From NCBI GenBank assembly GCA_030141605.1, contig JAQGDQ010001047.1, positions 1 to 64,000 on the forward strand: 64,000 nt of DNA, read 5' to 3'. Numbering within the stretch: the stretch's first letter is position 1; every line of letters begins with the position of its first letter. Position numbers and translations under genes: made by a program. Positions 39,038-51,682 of this stretch are shown here, piece by piece. The notes under the pieces were generated by a model that saw only the letters and a program-made list of their open reading frames with translations, was not told the origin of the DNA and did no database searches. The DNA is from Tubiluchus corallicola (Eukaryota > Animalia > Priapulida).

Positions 39038-39757
39038 AAGTAAAGAATAAATAAATGTTTTTCAGCGTTTTTCACAGCACAAAAATTTCTAAGACTTCTG
39101 CCTGCCAACAAAGGCATTTAAACTGGGTAGAAAAATTTGAACCAATCACAGATCTCGAAGCATAAACATATGCAAGCATGGCAACACTGAATGTAATGCA
39201 TTATGCATCAGCAACATTAGTGCACATTGAAATCTGCTATTAATCTGTCCCTGTCACTGTCAGCCTACAATACCAACGAATAGAGACATGAAAATAGAAA
39301 AAACAACATTGTACAGCTTAGACTATAATGTAATAGCATAATTTACAAAAGAAAACAAAAGGCAAAGCAAATTTTTATAGCGTTCTCACAACGCTTAAGA
39401 CCTCTGGCATTAAATAAACAAGAATGTAATTGTAACAATAATAATAAAATTGTTAATAATACTAATAATCAAGTTTGATTTATTACTGTATAATGTTTTT
39501 ACATTTAAATTCATTTTATTTATATAATTTATATTAAAGCAGACCGTAATAAATGGGAATTCACCTATTAAAAGACGATTAGTATAATATTAAAAAATGA
39601 ATTTAAATAATAAAATCATTATTAAAAAAATTGCGGCGACAGTACACCCCAGTTTGATTCGTTTTGGTAAGTTTCGCAATAACTGGCTGGCAACACTAAC
39701 AAGCATATGGCCAATTGGCCATGTGCACTTTTTGTGCAGTAGGGAACGTCAACAAAC
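39038..39757. promoter_or_regulatory. Divergent promoter region between UBE2C and NAPG
   Basis: 720 bp between ATGs; TTTAAA (39117-39122) and TTTGAA-CCAAT (39136-39146) near UBE2C; palindrome ATGGCCAATTGGCCAT (39707-39722) near NAPG. Confidence 0.65.
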
Positions 39758-39822
39758 ATGGCTGCGACCAGTGATAAGAAAATTTCTGAGGGGCTGGAGC
39801 ACATTCATCAAGCAGAAAAATA
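39758..39822 (+). CDS. NAPG: Gamma-soluble NSF attachment protein exon 1 of 10 (gene 39758-50530, 310 aa)
   Basis: aaacATGG; MAATSDKKISEGLEHIHQAEK TA|gtgggt. CDS total 933 nt, in frame. Confidence 0.9.
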
Positions 39823-39959
39823 GTGGGTATTTATTAGTAGCATTTACCACTTATAAGCAGCGATAATGACCGGCGTTTTGTTTTTGAGGCGTTGTTCCAA
39901 ATACAAAGATCCGCAGCGTGTACTCAGCTGGTTACAAGTATCACAAATTTGCTCATTAA

Positions 39960-40250
39960 CGGGTGTTATCAGCGGTTAGCTCGAATACAAGATTACCATA
40001 CCACTTAAAATATAAGAGTGGTAGAGGTTAATCGGGCAAACTCATTGTAACCCCATATCTCGTATCTAAATATCTTATCTAGCTTGTTCTTGAACTTGTT
40101 CACTGAAGAAGCTTTAGCAATTTCAGATGTGAGTTGATTCCACTCTCTAACCACTGTTTCCGTGAAAAAATGTTTTCTACAATCCAATTTAGCTCCGTAT
40201 TTAAAATTTTTTAGAGACTGCTCACTGGTTTTGCCATCACTTACCAGTGC
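39960..40250 (-). mobile_element. CR1-type LINE ORF2 C-terminal fragment
   Basis: RKHFFTETVVREWNQLTSEIAKASSVNKFKNKLDK matches the CR1 motif R..FF..RVV..WN.LP.......S...FK..LD. Confidence 0.8.
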
Positions 40251-41629
40251 AAATAATAATTAATTTATTTCACTTCAGAGAAAAACCAGGTGAAGAATGC
40301 ACGTGCACCTCTGGTGGCAATTTGACAATTATTTAGAAAATGTAGTTACCGTTGGCGTTCGATGGGGTGTAGGACTACGCGTGCAACTAGTTATGGGCGC
40401 TGTAAGCTCCCCCAGGATTCCAGGCAGCGCCCAACCATTAACGCTTTTTTCTGTATTTAAGGGCGTTTTGAAGGCCCTTAAATGAGCTGTAATCTGTGGT
40501 ACACAGACTTTCTCAAACGTGAAGTATGCTGCTTTAATAAGTCAATATTAGTTACATTTATCCAGGCAATATTCATGATATTCTATTGTAGTAGCCATTC
40601 ATAACTCACCTTTGCAGCTACCCCCATCATTTTGACTCTAGTTATGGCTTGAACTTGTTATATTACTTATCGTTTTGGCCCAAAACTGTGTTATATCTTA
40701 CGCTCAATCTCTAAACAACTTTTTTGTGGCACTTGCACTTTAATTACATATAAACACTTTGACTATATATCTTATAACAAGTTTGTAATACAGTGCAATG
40801 CAACGAGCCTACATATGATTCATATAAATAATATATTATATTACATTACATTACATTGTAATTCTTACTGTATGATTGAAAGTTTACATTAAATAGGTTA
40901 GGTTAGAATAGCTTTAAAGTACAAGAAAGGGGGTACCTGAAATAGGTTTCAAGGATAATCGCCTTACAAAATTATATTACTTTATAGCAATTTTATGCAT
41001 ATGTCGTACTTGCATTAAAAAGAATTTTTGTTTGTTTTCATTTTAAACTCCCAGCAATACTGTTCCGAAGTCGCCATTACATGAAGTCACTACGCAATGT
41101 TAAGCAATGTCCCTGAAAACTTTTCATGGAAATCTATATTACTCAGCTTTTTGCTTACCTGCTGGAGAAACTTGTGTAACTAGAAAAGAAAATTATTAAT
41201 TATTTTAAATACTTTCACCAATAGATAAAATGTCGCGTGACTCACCCTCCAGGGTGCACCACTCACTAACCAAAAACGTATTTCCAATCTTTTTGACAAA
41301 ATACAGTAATTTTAAATTTTACTAAGTTACGTGTGTGCTACAAATGCTCTGATTATTTTTTCAAACTCTACAATGTTATCTAAACTTGTTTCTAATGACC
41401 TGTCGTCAAAATGGCTGCGTCTAACGGTCATCGCGGGAGTCTAAATTTACATGTTTTATACAGCGCGACTGCCGATTGAAGTCCTGTATGTAAAAAGGCA
41501 GCAAGTAAATGATATAAAATTTCAAGATAAATTTTTCAAGCTTTATGTAAGTGGAGGGTTTTCTTGTGCTTTAAGTTAAAATTGCCAGCTGCATTTGGTT
41601 ACTCTAATGAACATCTTGTATTATTTCAG

Positions 41630-41697
41630 TATGAAGACATCTTTTTTTAAATGGAAGCCGGACTATGATAGCGCAGCAGATGAATACAAGAAAGCAG
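41630..41697 (+). CDS. NAPG: NAPG exon 2
   Basis: tttcag|..MKTSFFKWKPDYDSAADEYKKA G|gtaaga; KWKPDYDSAA is diagnostic of gamma-SNAP. Confidence 0.96.
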
Positions 41698-42720
41698 GTA
41701 AGATAAGAAGAGTATTAAGAAAAAGAAGAGGAAGTGTCATAGCTGTGGTTTGGTTCTTGCTTTTGTTTGTTTTTATTATTGTGTCCTGTATTGAAGATAC
41801 TGGTAAACTACCATCTGATAATTGTTATTCATTAGTGTGATAGGAGCAGTAGACTGAGGCTGGTGTATGATCATATGGAAATATTGGTGAATGCATGTTC
41901 ACTCATATCTTGGTTTGCCGCACAAAAGCGAGCAGGCGTCGGTCCGAATTTGCCGATTGTCCGTATTATTGATAATAAACTAATGCAGTAGGTGCCACGT
42001 ATTAGGCTCACGGTAATGTGGAATTAATTGCCTAATTGTCTCAAAAGCATCTAGTATGGGCCACTCCCATGCAAAAGTATATAAAAACAGTCGGCATTTG
42101 ACTCAAATATTTCCACATAATTGACTATATTTTCATATGTAGAGATATACACGTGGTTACATTGATATATGTGATGTAAACAAAGTGACGGCCTGCCAAC
42201 TAGCTTCAGCTCGCGAAACAATGGACTATTGTCTGTAGTGTGCGGAACTTTTTATTGGTCCAGATTTTGTCCCATTCTTCTGATATCCGTAACGGTTAGG
42301 TTCAGCAACCGAGATATGAATGTACATGGCGAGATTTTAGAATATAACACAATCGTAAAGTGGATTTATTTTGTCTGGAAAGTCTTGTGAATTCCACAGC
42401 AAAACTTCACCAAACAATGGAAAAGTGCTGTTTTCTGATCTGTACTTGGCATAAGCATAACTATTATTAGACAATAACATGATGCGTTTTTGCATTGTAA
42501 AAGATTTTTTCTTGCGTAAATGCTTTAAGCAACTTTTCAGATATTGAAGTCTAATAACTGATACTACTAAAAAGTGGCTCAAGTGAGGGATGCGGGCATT
42601 GATGTTTATGGAGTTTTTCTGTGATTTAGATAATTGTAATAACTTCATTCTGGAAAAAAAGTAGAGATGCTGTCCTCTTAGTCTTGTACCACACTATGTC
42701 ACTAATGTTATTATTTAATA

Positions 42721-43153
<433 letters not shown>

Positions 43154-43242
43154 TAATTTGGCTTCTTGCTTTTCTTATGTGAAATGATTATCGTTAGAAT
43201 GTAGGTTTAGTGATACAGTGAATTTTTGATTCATTCTTACAG

Positions 43243-43327
43243 CAACGGCTTTCAAAAATGCTAAAGCTCAGGAACAAATGAAACACTGCTACACGAAGGC
43301 TGCTGATTGTTACCATGAGAACAAGAA
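43243..43327 (+). CDS. NAPG: NAPG exon 3 (followed by a U12-type donor)
   Basis: ttacag|..TAFKNAKAQEQMKHCYTKAADCYHENK AA|GTATCCTTT. Confidence 0.93.
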
Positions 43328-43510
43328 GTATCCTTTATCTTGATTGCTATTACGGTTTGAGAGCACCAATCAATTTTATTCTAGCAGCAGAGCAAGTGTG
43401 AAGACCTGATTCAGTGCATCTTTCAGTATCATTTTTATTGTTCAGTTACTTTTTCGTTTCTCTGAGATCATTTTCTATGTTATAGTTATCTTCCTGAATT
43501 TTACTTTCAG

Positions 43511-43528
43511 CTTTTATCATGCAGGAAA
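43511..43528 (+). CDS. NAPG: NAPG exon 4, 18-nt microexon
   Basis: tttcag|C TTT TAT CAT GCA GGA AA|gtaagt = (N)FYHAG(K), matching the conserved FHAAK segment. Confidence 0.88.
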
Positions 43529-43888
43529 GTAAGTAAACTTTTTATGTTGTATTGTGTATGTTTATTGTATCTGTATTATATCGCCTGTTTTAAAATAAAT
43601 TACGTAACACTATTCACTAATTACTACCGTTTTTTCTCTATCAATTTTAGACGTATGTTTGCACCAAAAGTGGAACATAATTTTAGCGTATTTGTTTTTC
43701 GATACGTTGTATTTTATTATAACTAGCCATTCTAAAATTTAAAATGGCAGTCACGACGAGCATGAATAATGGTGTATTGATGATTCTATGACTTGAATAA
43801 AAGAGGACAGAGATTTTAATTAAAATTAGAAATTTTTGTCTAATCAATTGCATTATGTTTGTCAATAAAGTCGTATTTCTCATTACAG

Positions 43889-44029
43889 ATGCTATGAGGC
43901 AGCGGGATTTGCATGTAAAGAGTTGGGCGACCTAGACGAAGCGGTGCGGTATTTTGAAAAGGCTGTTTCGCTATACCGTGAACAGGGAACAACGGATACC
44001 GCTGCGCAAACTCTGGAGAAAACTGCAGA
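43889..44029 (+). CDS. NAPG: NAPG exon 5
   Basis: ttacag|..CYEAAGFACKELGDLDEAVRYFEKAVSLYREQGTTDTAAQTLEKTA..|gtaagg. Confidence 0.93.
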
Positions 44030-44923
44030 GTAAGGATTCGCGTGTACCTTTTAAGTTTGTAAATTTCGTGAATTATTAACAATGTTATGAAGCATCTGCC
44101 ATAGGTGACTATAGCAAGATAGTAAGATGAGTGAGTTTTTCCCACTTTAATGATTCGCATTGGATAAATTGCATCTCATCTGATCTTCTGTATTTCATTT
44201 TTTGGCTTTGTGTCGTCTTGCCGTGTCTTTGTTATAGTTATCACATCTTACCTCGTGTTAGTATCTCATCTTGGCTCCAGAGGGCGACAGGGGGCAATCG
44301 CAAGGGTAAAATTCTCCTAGAGTTCAATGACTGTTAATTATTAATTACTAATCGGACATTAACAAAACAATTAACAAAAGTTTTCAAACTACAACAAAGT
44401 TGCTTAGTCAAAGATCGTGGTAGTTAATTACTACATAATTAGCTACGTACAGCCTAGAAAATAGGCTAGTGTTGTTACTTAACGACGTGTGTAGGGTGTC
44501 GTGTGTGTGCGTGTGTGTGTGCGTGTGTGTCGTGTCGTGTGGCTTACCAGTTCGATAGTTTTGCGAGAAACAGCGGCGCTTCTTTAAATGCCTATTGTAT
44601 TATTGCGAAAACTGGTTGTTTATCTTTATCCAACCGCGTCGAAAATGGAAGGTCGGGTTTAGGGACCCAAAAAATGCTCACAATTTGTGGCTTCACCCAC
44701 GAAACAAATGATCAGAACACTAAAAGGGTAGAAGTTTTTTGCCCCGGGGGTGCAACAAGCACTTGCTACACAACTGCTTGGCTTTTCTACTCTGGTTTTG
44801 TCCCCGCTGTTATTACCTCTCTTCTTGTCTCCACTCAGTTCATCTTATGTCAGTGTTTTAAACTGATAAAGGAGGCAGCATCATTCAGCATCATTTACTA
44901 TATTTTTTATTTCCTGTTGGTAG

Positions 44924-44990
44924 GATGCTAGCAGAGGAGCGACCTGAAAAAGCCATTGAGTTCTATGTGAAAGCTTACGAGGCAATGTCT
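44924..44990 (+). CDS. NAPG: NAPG exon 6
   Basis: tag|..MLAEERPEKAIEFYVKAYEAMS|gtaggt. Confidence 0.88.
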
Positions 44991-45224
44991 GTAGGTATTT
45001 TGCTTCTGAAAGTGAGATTTTCGTGTTTACATAATTCTTTAATATTTCCTGGTTAAGTTGCATTTTTAATCTGGTAGTTATCAGTTTCTGATTAGATATT
45101 TCTGACAGAAATTTATTGGTAAATTTCATTATTTGCTTTCCTTTTTTCAAAGTTTTTACAAATTGTTTCAAAACAAGTGAAAAGTTATGAGAACAATGAG
45201 TCACTTATTATCTGTCATATTTAG

Positions 45225-45295
45225 ATAGAAGATCGACCGAGGCAGTGCACTGATTTACTCAACAAAGGAATCAAAATGATGATCAAATACAGAAA
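45225..45295 (+). CDS. NAPG: NAPG exon 7
   Basis: tttag|IEDRPRQCTDLLNKGIKMMIKYR..|gtaagt. Confidence 0.88.
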
Positions 45296-45459
45296 GTAAG
45301 TATGACTTATGAATTATAATTATATCATTACTGTATTTATTTTATAAAACTTATGATGGTGGTAGAAAATTACTTGACTGCGTACTGTTTTTTGCACTTT
45401 TAAACTTATCATTCGCTAGCTATATGTTAGAGTCATCAGACAAGGCATTACTGGGCATT

Positions 45460-46624
45460 AATAGAATGCATAACACTTGGTTTAGGCATAGCGTATCAGA
45501 CAGTTGTAGAATGCATTACACTAGGTTTAGGCATAGCATATCAGACACTTATAGAATGCATTACACTAGGTTTAGGCATAGCGTATCAGACAGTTATAGA
45601 ATGCATTACACTAGGTTTAGGCATAGCGTATCAGACAGTTATAGAATGCATTACACTAGGTTTAGGCATAGCGTATCAGACAGTTATAGAATGCATTACA
45701 CTAGGTTTAGGCAAAGCGTATCAGACAGTTATAGAATGCATTACACTAGGTTTAGGCATAGCATATCAGACACTTATAGAATGCATTACACTAGGTTTAG
45801 GCATAGCATATCAGACAGTTATAGAATGCATTACACTAGGTTTAGGCATAGCGTATCAGACAGTTATAGAATCATTACACTAGGTTTAGGCATAGCGTAT
45901 CAGACAGTTATAGAATGCATTACACTAGGTTTAGGATAGGTACAGACAGTTATAGAATGCATTACACTAGGTTTAGGCATAGCGTATCAGACAGTTATAG
46001 AATGCATTACACTAGGTTTAGGCATAGCGTATCAGACAGTTATAGAATGCATTACACTAGGTTTAGGCATAGCGTATCAGACAGTTATAGAATGCATTAC
46101 ACTAGGTTTAGGCATAGCGTATCAGACAGTTATAGAATGCATTACACTAGGTTTAGGCACAGAGTATCAGACAGTTATAGAATGCATTACACTAGGTTTA
46201 GGCATAGCGTATCAGACAGTTATAGAATGCATTACACTAGGTTTAGGCATAGCGTATCAGACAGTTATAGAATGCATTACACTAGGTTTAGGCATAGCGT
46301 ATCAGACAGTTATAGAATGCATTACACTAGGTTTAGGCATAGCGTATCAGACAGTTATAGAATGCATTACACTAGGTTTAGGCATAGCGTATCAGACAGT
46401 TATAGAATGCATTACACTAGGTTTAGGCATAGCGTATCAGACAGTTATAGAATGCATTACACTAGGTTTAGGCATAGCGTATCAGACAGTTATAGAATGC
46501 ATTACACTAGGTTTAGGCATAGCGTATCAGACAGTTATAGAATGCATTACACTAGGTTTAGGCATAGCGTACAGTTATAGAATGCATTACACTAGGTTTA
46601 GGCACAGCGTATCAGACAGTTGTA
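45460..46624. repeat. 45-bp minisatellite, about 26 copies, NAPG intron 7
   Basis: Unit ATAGAATGCATTACACTAGGTTTAGGCATAGCGTATCAGACAGTT; highly homogeneous. Confidence 0.97.
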
Positions 46625-48075
46625 GCATGTATTCATTTAGTTGAAACAAGGTTCTGTGTGGTTGTTTTTGTGGTTGTTTAATAGATAAAGATGTCAAAGA
46701 GCCAGTTGTCTAAGCTTTTGCAAAACAAACGTGAACTTTTTTAATTTTTTGGTTACTATGCCATTATTACTGACATTAATATAATTGTAATTAATTCATT
46801 TGAAATTATAAAGTAACAGAACTAGGTCAATGCTTGTCTTTTGTTAAATTCATTTAGGTGCCCACAAATGCCATTGGTGTATTGTTTTTGTAGTTTTTAC
46901 AATTTAATATCACAGTAGCTTGAGATTACTTTTGATATGTGGAATCCACTAAACTAATTGAAATAAATCTTTAGGTCTGGGAAGAGCTCATTTCTTTTTC
47001 GTTTATTTTCAATTTTCTAAATGCTGCTAAAGGCAGTACTTTTCACCATGTTAATTCATCTAGTATATCTTGACAGCAGTTTCTTTGACAGAACCTTGCA
47101 CTTCCTCTGTGAGATATTTCCTGATGCCTTTATAGAGTTTTGTATATATGAGTTATAGGCAGTAAATTTTGTGTCTTTAGATAAAATGGGAGAACGAGTT
47201 GCCCTTTTGTCAAAATATTGCGAAGTTGCTGCTCGCCTCCGCCCATTTAATCTACTTTTTATACCTTTAGTTTAATGTCACAGATTAAAGAGAGACATGA
47301 TGAATCTTCATATGCTACCTCATTTTCAGATCCAATAGAAACTATGCATTTTAACACAATTAACACTGCAAAAGCGTTGCTAGTTAAATAATAGATAAAA
47401 ATCTTAATTAACGGCGAGGGAGCCCAACTATTGATGACATCACAAACTAACAAAATTTTCAACAGCAAAAATATTTCACGAGCTTGTTGCATGTGTTTAC
47501 GAAAGCCAAAATTGAAGTACAGCGCTACTGAAAGATATTCAGTGCGTTGTACTAGAACTAGGCAAGTTTTAAGATAAAAATTAAATTTACCGCTGTGCTC
47601 ACTCACGAGCCGTCGAACATGTGTAGTTCGTCACAAACGAACACATCTGAACTGAGAGATACAGCACCTGTTTTTTTGTGCAATGAGTTTCCAAAATGCA
47701 GGCACTAGTGCCCGTCTAACGAATATCGAAATTCATGTAACGGCAAAGAACTAGTGGCGTGAACACGAAATTGTGTTGGTGTGGTAATAATTGTTTTACA
47801 TAAGTCATTTTTGAAAATATTGTACGTTTCCTTCTAGTATTTTAAAGAGTAGGTGGTTTTGACCTACAGTTTAAGATTGGGTTCGCTTTTGCTTTACGTA
47901 ATATTAGGACTAATAACAGTTTTCCAAAGGTATTAATAAGTTGTCTTGTACTTTGAATGTACTAGATTGCTTTTTATAAATGACATTTTACTTAACTTAC
48001 AGGTGTCGAAATCTTTTGTCAAACTCCAAGGTTTTGTGCATATTTAGTTGCTAATTAATTATATTTTCTTTTAAG

Positions 48076-48234
48076 ATTAGATGAAGTTGTTGAATTAATG
48101 CAGAAAAGTCAAGAGATGTACACAGAACTTGATCAGTTGGCGCAAGTCTTCCGATTGACTTTAGCTTTGGCGTTGGTTCACTTGGCACGTGGAGATCTGA
48201 TCAGTGCAGAGCGTGCGTATGGGGACAGTTTGAA
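48076..48234 (+). CDS. NAPG: NAPG exon 8
   Basis: ttttaag|..LDEVVELMQKSQEMYTELDQLAQVFRLTLALALVHLARGDLISAERAYGDSL..|gtaaga. Confidence 0.92.
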
Positions 48235-48290
48235 GTAAGATCTTATGCATCACTTTTTAATGTATGACAATAAACCTAATGCAGAATCAG

Positions 48291-48890
48291 GTAGGGGAGA
48301 CCCGGGTAAAGTGGATGACTTAAGGGTTTTCGCTCATAAAGTTCAAGACGTTTGATCTGTAACAATCAATTACATGCCCTATTCTTCCGTAGGAAACTCT
48401 GCTATATTCATGTGGTAAAAACTTATAATTACTATTACTCGTTTAACAGATAATTCCGAAATACGAAACCAAAATTTCTAGGGCAAAGTGGATCTTTTAC
48501 GGGCATAGTGGATCATACCAGAGCGGTTGAGCTCAACATAACTAACAATATCTTTTAAATGGATTTTGTCTATTTTGCAAAAGTAAATTGATATGAAGCA
48601 GCAATGAACCATCCATCATATGTAAAAACGGCAGCGAATAAATCTGCACTAGGTGGAATTTATCTATAAAATCTATAGAAGTGAAAAATCGTAAGAAAGT
48701 GGGTGAAAAACTTACTTTTGTGTACCGCGCTTAGACAAACTTTGCAAAAGTCAAGTTCATTTATGCAGAGTACACAGTTGATGATGATGTAACATCACAC
48801 AGTGCCTAGACCGCGACACCTTACGGAAAAAAGAGCAAACACATTTGATCCGCTTTGCCCAGTGATCCACTTTACCCGGGTCTCCCCTAC
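48291..48890. mobile_element. Non-autonomous DNA transposon, 600 bp, perfect 26-bp TIRs
   Basis: GTAGGGGAGACCCGGGTAAAGTGGAT...ATCCACTTTACCCGGGTCTCCCCTAC, with internal subterminal gggcaaagtggatc repeats. Confidence 0.88.
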
Positions 48891-48952
48891 TAACTAACAC
48901 TAGTTGTATTTTCGTCTTTCATAAACTGTATTAAAAAATTTCTGTATTTCAG

Positions 48953-49082
48953 CGTGCCGGGTTTTGATGGGTCTGATGAGTGCAAACTAACGAAAGTTTT
49001 ACTAAAAGCTTACGATGATGGTGATCAGGAAGTAGCTGACAAAGTTCTACACGGTTTGTATGTACGACACATGGAAAACGTG
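48953..49082 (+). CDS. NAPG: NAPG exon 9
   Basis: tttcag|..VPGFDGSDECKLTKVLLKAYDDGDQEVADKVLHGLYVRHMENV|gtacgt. Confidence 0.93.
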
Positions 49083-49129
49083 GTACGTTATTAAACAGTA
49101 TTGAGCTGCTTCACTACTGTTACATATCA

Positions 49130-49545
49130 CTACATACAGTGCAACACAAATGTTGAAAAATTTTCTATTAAACACAACGGCCCTTACATATGGAATTCAA
49201 TTGCTCCAGCTATTAAAAATGCCAACTCGCTGTCCATATTTAAAAAAAATTATAAATTAAACTTACTTGAAACATATAACTGATCACTCAATCATGATTT
49301 GTTGTTTTTCATTTTCAAAAACTTCCCCTCTAGTATAATAATATTTTTATTACTTCCCACCCGTATCTATATTTGTATATATTGTAATATTGTATCTGTA
49401 TATATTGTAATTTTTTTCGTAACTAATTCTAGTGGCCTACCATAAGCTAGCTTCTTAGGTCTCTAGCGCTGAATTCATGAATTGTATCTTAATTTTGTAT
49501 TAACAAAAACTGATTATCGATGCATAAATTTGTATATATATTACT
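49130..49545 (+). mobile_element. CR1/L2-like LINE 3' fragment; tail copy at about 61955-62130
   Basis: TNVEKFSIKHNGPYIWNSIAPAIKNANSLSIFKKNYK, plus a 3'UTR segment cgtaactaattctagtggcctaccataagctag that is duplicated downstream. Confidence 0.78.
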
Positions 49546-50401
49546 TCTAGTAATGTACTACAAAATTGAGTACTGACTGTCTTTTTTAGCAATGGCTTGT
49601 TTATTTACTAACCTTTTTGTGTCGCATCGTCGACTTCGCTGCATTGATTCCTTTTTATATGTACTGCTGCATTATACACCATTGTAAAACTATTAAATTT
49701 TGTATGGATTTAACTTCGTTCAGCCGTTTGCTGTGTAAAAATAATTTTTTTTGCAGCAGTGAGCAGGGGCGTATCAAGACTTTAAGCTGCTCTAGGCTGA
49801 CAGTTTCGTCCCACTCATCTCTATTGTGAATTTATGGTTGTTTATGTAATGTGCAGGTCAAACAATTACTTGTGGTGTATTAGAAACTCTATTAACCTAG
49901 TTTCTACGTGGTCACTATTAATTCCATGTATTAGTATAGCGTTTGTATTTAAGCAGGCTGTGCAACTGCTTTTTGTCTAATACCTTGCACCTGTACATTA
50001 TGTAGCACTTATATAGAAGCTGCATTCTGTAACTGCCTGTGGTGTGTTATAAAATGCGCCGTTTACATGAATATGGAAGCATACACATTTTCTGAGGAGA
50101 ATAAGAATTTTTTCTAAAATGGACGCCCCTCATACTTTGGCGCCCTCGGCTTTAGCTTAGTTAGCCTATTGGTTAATACGTTCCTGGCAGGATACAGTTT
50201 ATGCTGCAAAGTGTGCACCAAATCAAATTTCTGTGATTTAATCTTAAGACATTTCTAATAAATTAAGCACCTACTAACTTATAATCACTTACTGTATCCA
50301 TTACACTATAATTTATGCTCTTTCACTGACGTTTGCAATCAGGTCTAATCTTTACTCGAGTCTTATTACCGTTTGACATTATTTTTCCGCTTTGTCAACA
50401 G

Positions 50402-50530
50402 TACGCCCAACTGGCTAGGACAATAAGGGTGCCCGGAGAAAAGAGGAAGAAAGAAACTTCTGCCGATCAGCCAGCTGGAGAGAATGAAGAAGAAGAAGAG
50501 GCGGATGAATATGAAGGTGGCATATGTTAG
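50402..50530 (+). CDS. NAPG: NAPG exon 10 (terminal)
   Basis: acag|YAQLARTIRVPGEKRKKETSADQPAGENEEEEEADEYEGGIC*; acidic tail ending GG(L/I)C is typical of gamma-SNAP. Confidence 0.94.
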   Translation, partial: YAQLARTIRVPGEKRKKETSADQPAGENEEEEEADEYEGGIC

Positions 50531-50956
50531 ATGTTGGACGTATATAATGAAGTGTATATATGGGTTTAAAAATAACATGCGTAAAACTCAAACGGAATCG
50601 CTGCCCGGTACGGAGCGTTCTGTAATCGTCATTCCGTAATTATATTCATGATAAACTTTAAAAATATTCTGGTTTTATTGATTTTTTTTATTATGTGTGG
50701 CAGCCAACGTGCAGTTGTAAATTTTTCTTTCAATTTTTGTCTAAATGAGTGAAATTTTCATCGGGTGTGCTGTGTTGTGTTACTGTAAATATGTAGTCAA
50801 TTTTCCATAATTTAACTTGAATGTAATGACCGTCATTTTTCCACAGTTTTTGCTATAATCCTTCCTAATACAGAGTTATGGTCCATTTCAGCTGTTATTA
50901 AATCAAAACCATTAGTAAAATTGCCATGTGGTCTATGTATTCATGCATCATGACTA

Positions 50957-51682
50957 GTGTCATTTCACCTCAAATCACCCAATATTTTTTCTGATAAACA
51001 CCATTACGTCACACATATTTGGTCATCCATATATCCAACATTTCGCTAAAATAAGTTCACAGATTACACAAAATAGATGCTAAAGCTTGTAAAATTTAAA
51101 GATGACTGACTCCTAAACACCAAATATTGAATGGATGCATATATGAAATATATGGTACACATACACACTTTATGAAATATACACGTCACCATGAATTAGG
51201 CTTGTACTGGTAAATTCAAATGCCTGTAGAGATTGTTCAAAGCAAAAAACACCTTAGCTTTCTACAGAGTACATGGTTCAGATACTAGGGAATTCAAAAA
51301 TGTCGAGCTCGGTTCAAGGTCATTTTCAAGGTCAAAGTAAAAGTCAAACGTTCTTGTAAATTCATACACCACCTATCTGAAGTTTTATTACAGATTCTGA
51401 AAGCTTATTGAATTCCCTTCAAAATGATACCACTCCGATCAAAATTGAATTTAAACTTTTTGAGTTATGATCGTTTAAAAATTGCAAGTCACGCCGATTT
51501 TGGCAATTTTTTAGCCCTTTTGGTCAATTTTAAAAGGCAGTAACTTTTGAGCCGTTGGCCCAATTTCGCTAAAAATTTGGATTTTTGCATTTCTCCATAA
51601 GACAAACCAGCGCACCAAATTGCATTAAAATCTGTGACATATAAGGGTGTTTTGCATTGGGTGATTTCACCTGGAATGAGCC
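50957..51682. mobile_element. Probable old DNA-transposon-derived element downstream of the NAPG stop
   Basis: Imperfect inverted ends gtgtcatttcacctcaaatcacccaat / attgggtgatttcacctggaatgagcc. Confidence 0.5.

Noticed and set aside
40893-40906. TTAGG telomere-like motifs here and inside the 45-bp unit
   Set aside because: Only 2-3 imperfect copies, which is too short to indicate an interstitial telomere or the taxon.
43630-43675. Acceptor-like ttttag at 43650 in NAPG intron 4 as an alternative microexon
   Set aside because: The nearest GT donors give 2-, 19-nt or otherwise unconserved exons that shift the frame, and the peptide has no gamma-SNAP similarity.
44503-44931. 142-aa plus-strand ORF in NAPG intron 5
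   Set aside because: It starts in a GT-repeat, has no recognisable homology, and is not in the NAPG frame at exon 6.
51314-51334. Two TCAAGGTCA nuclear-receptor (SF-1/FTZ-F1-type) sites
   Set aside because: They lie inside a probable transposon-derived element, with no evidence of regulatory use.
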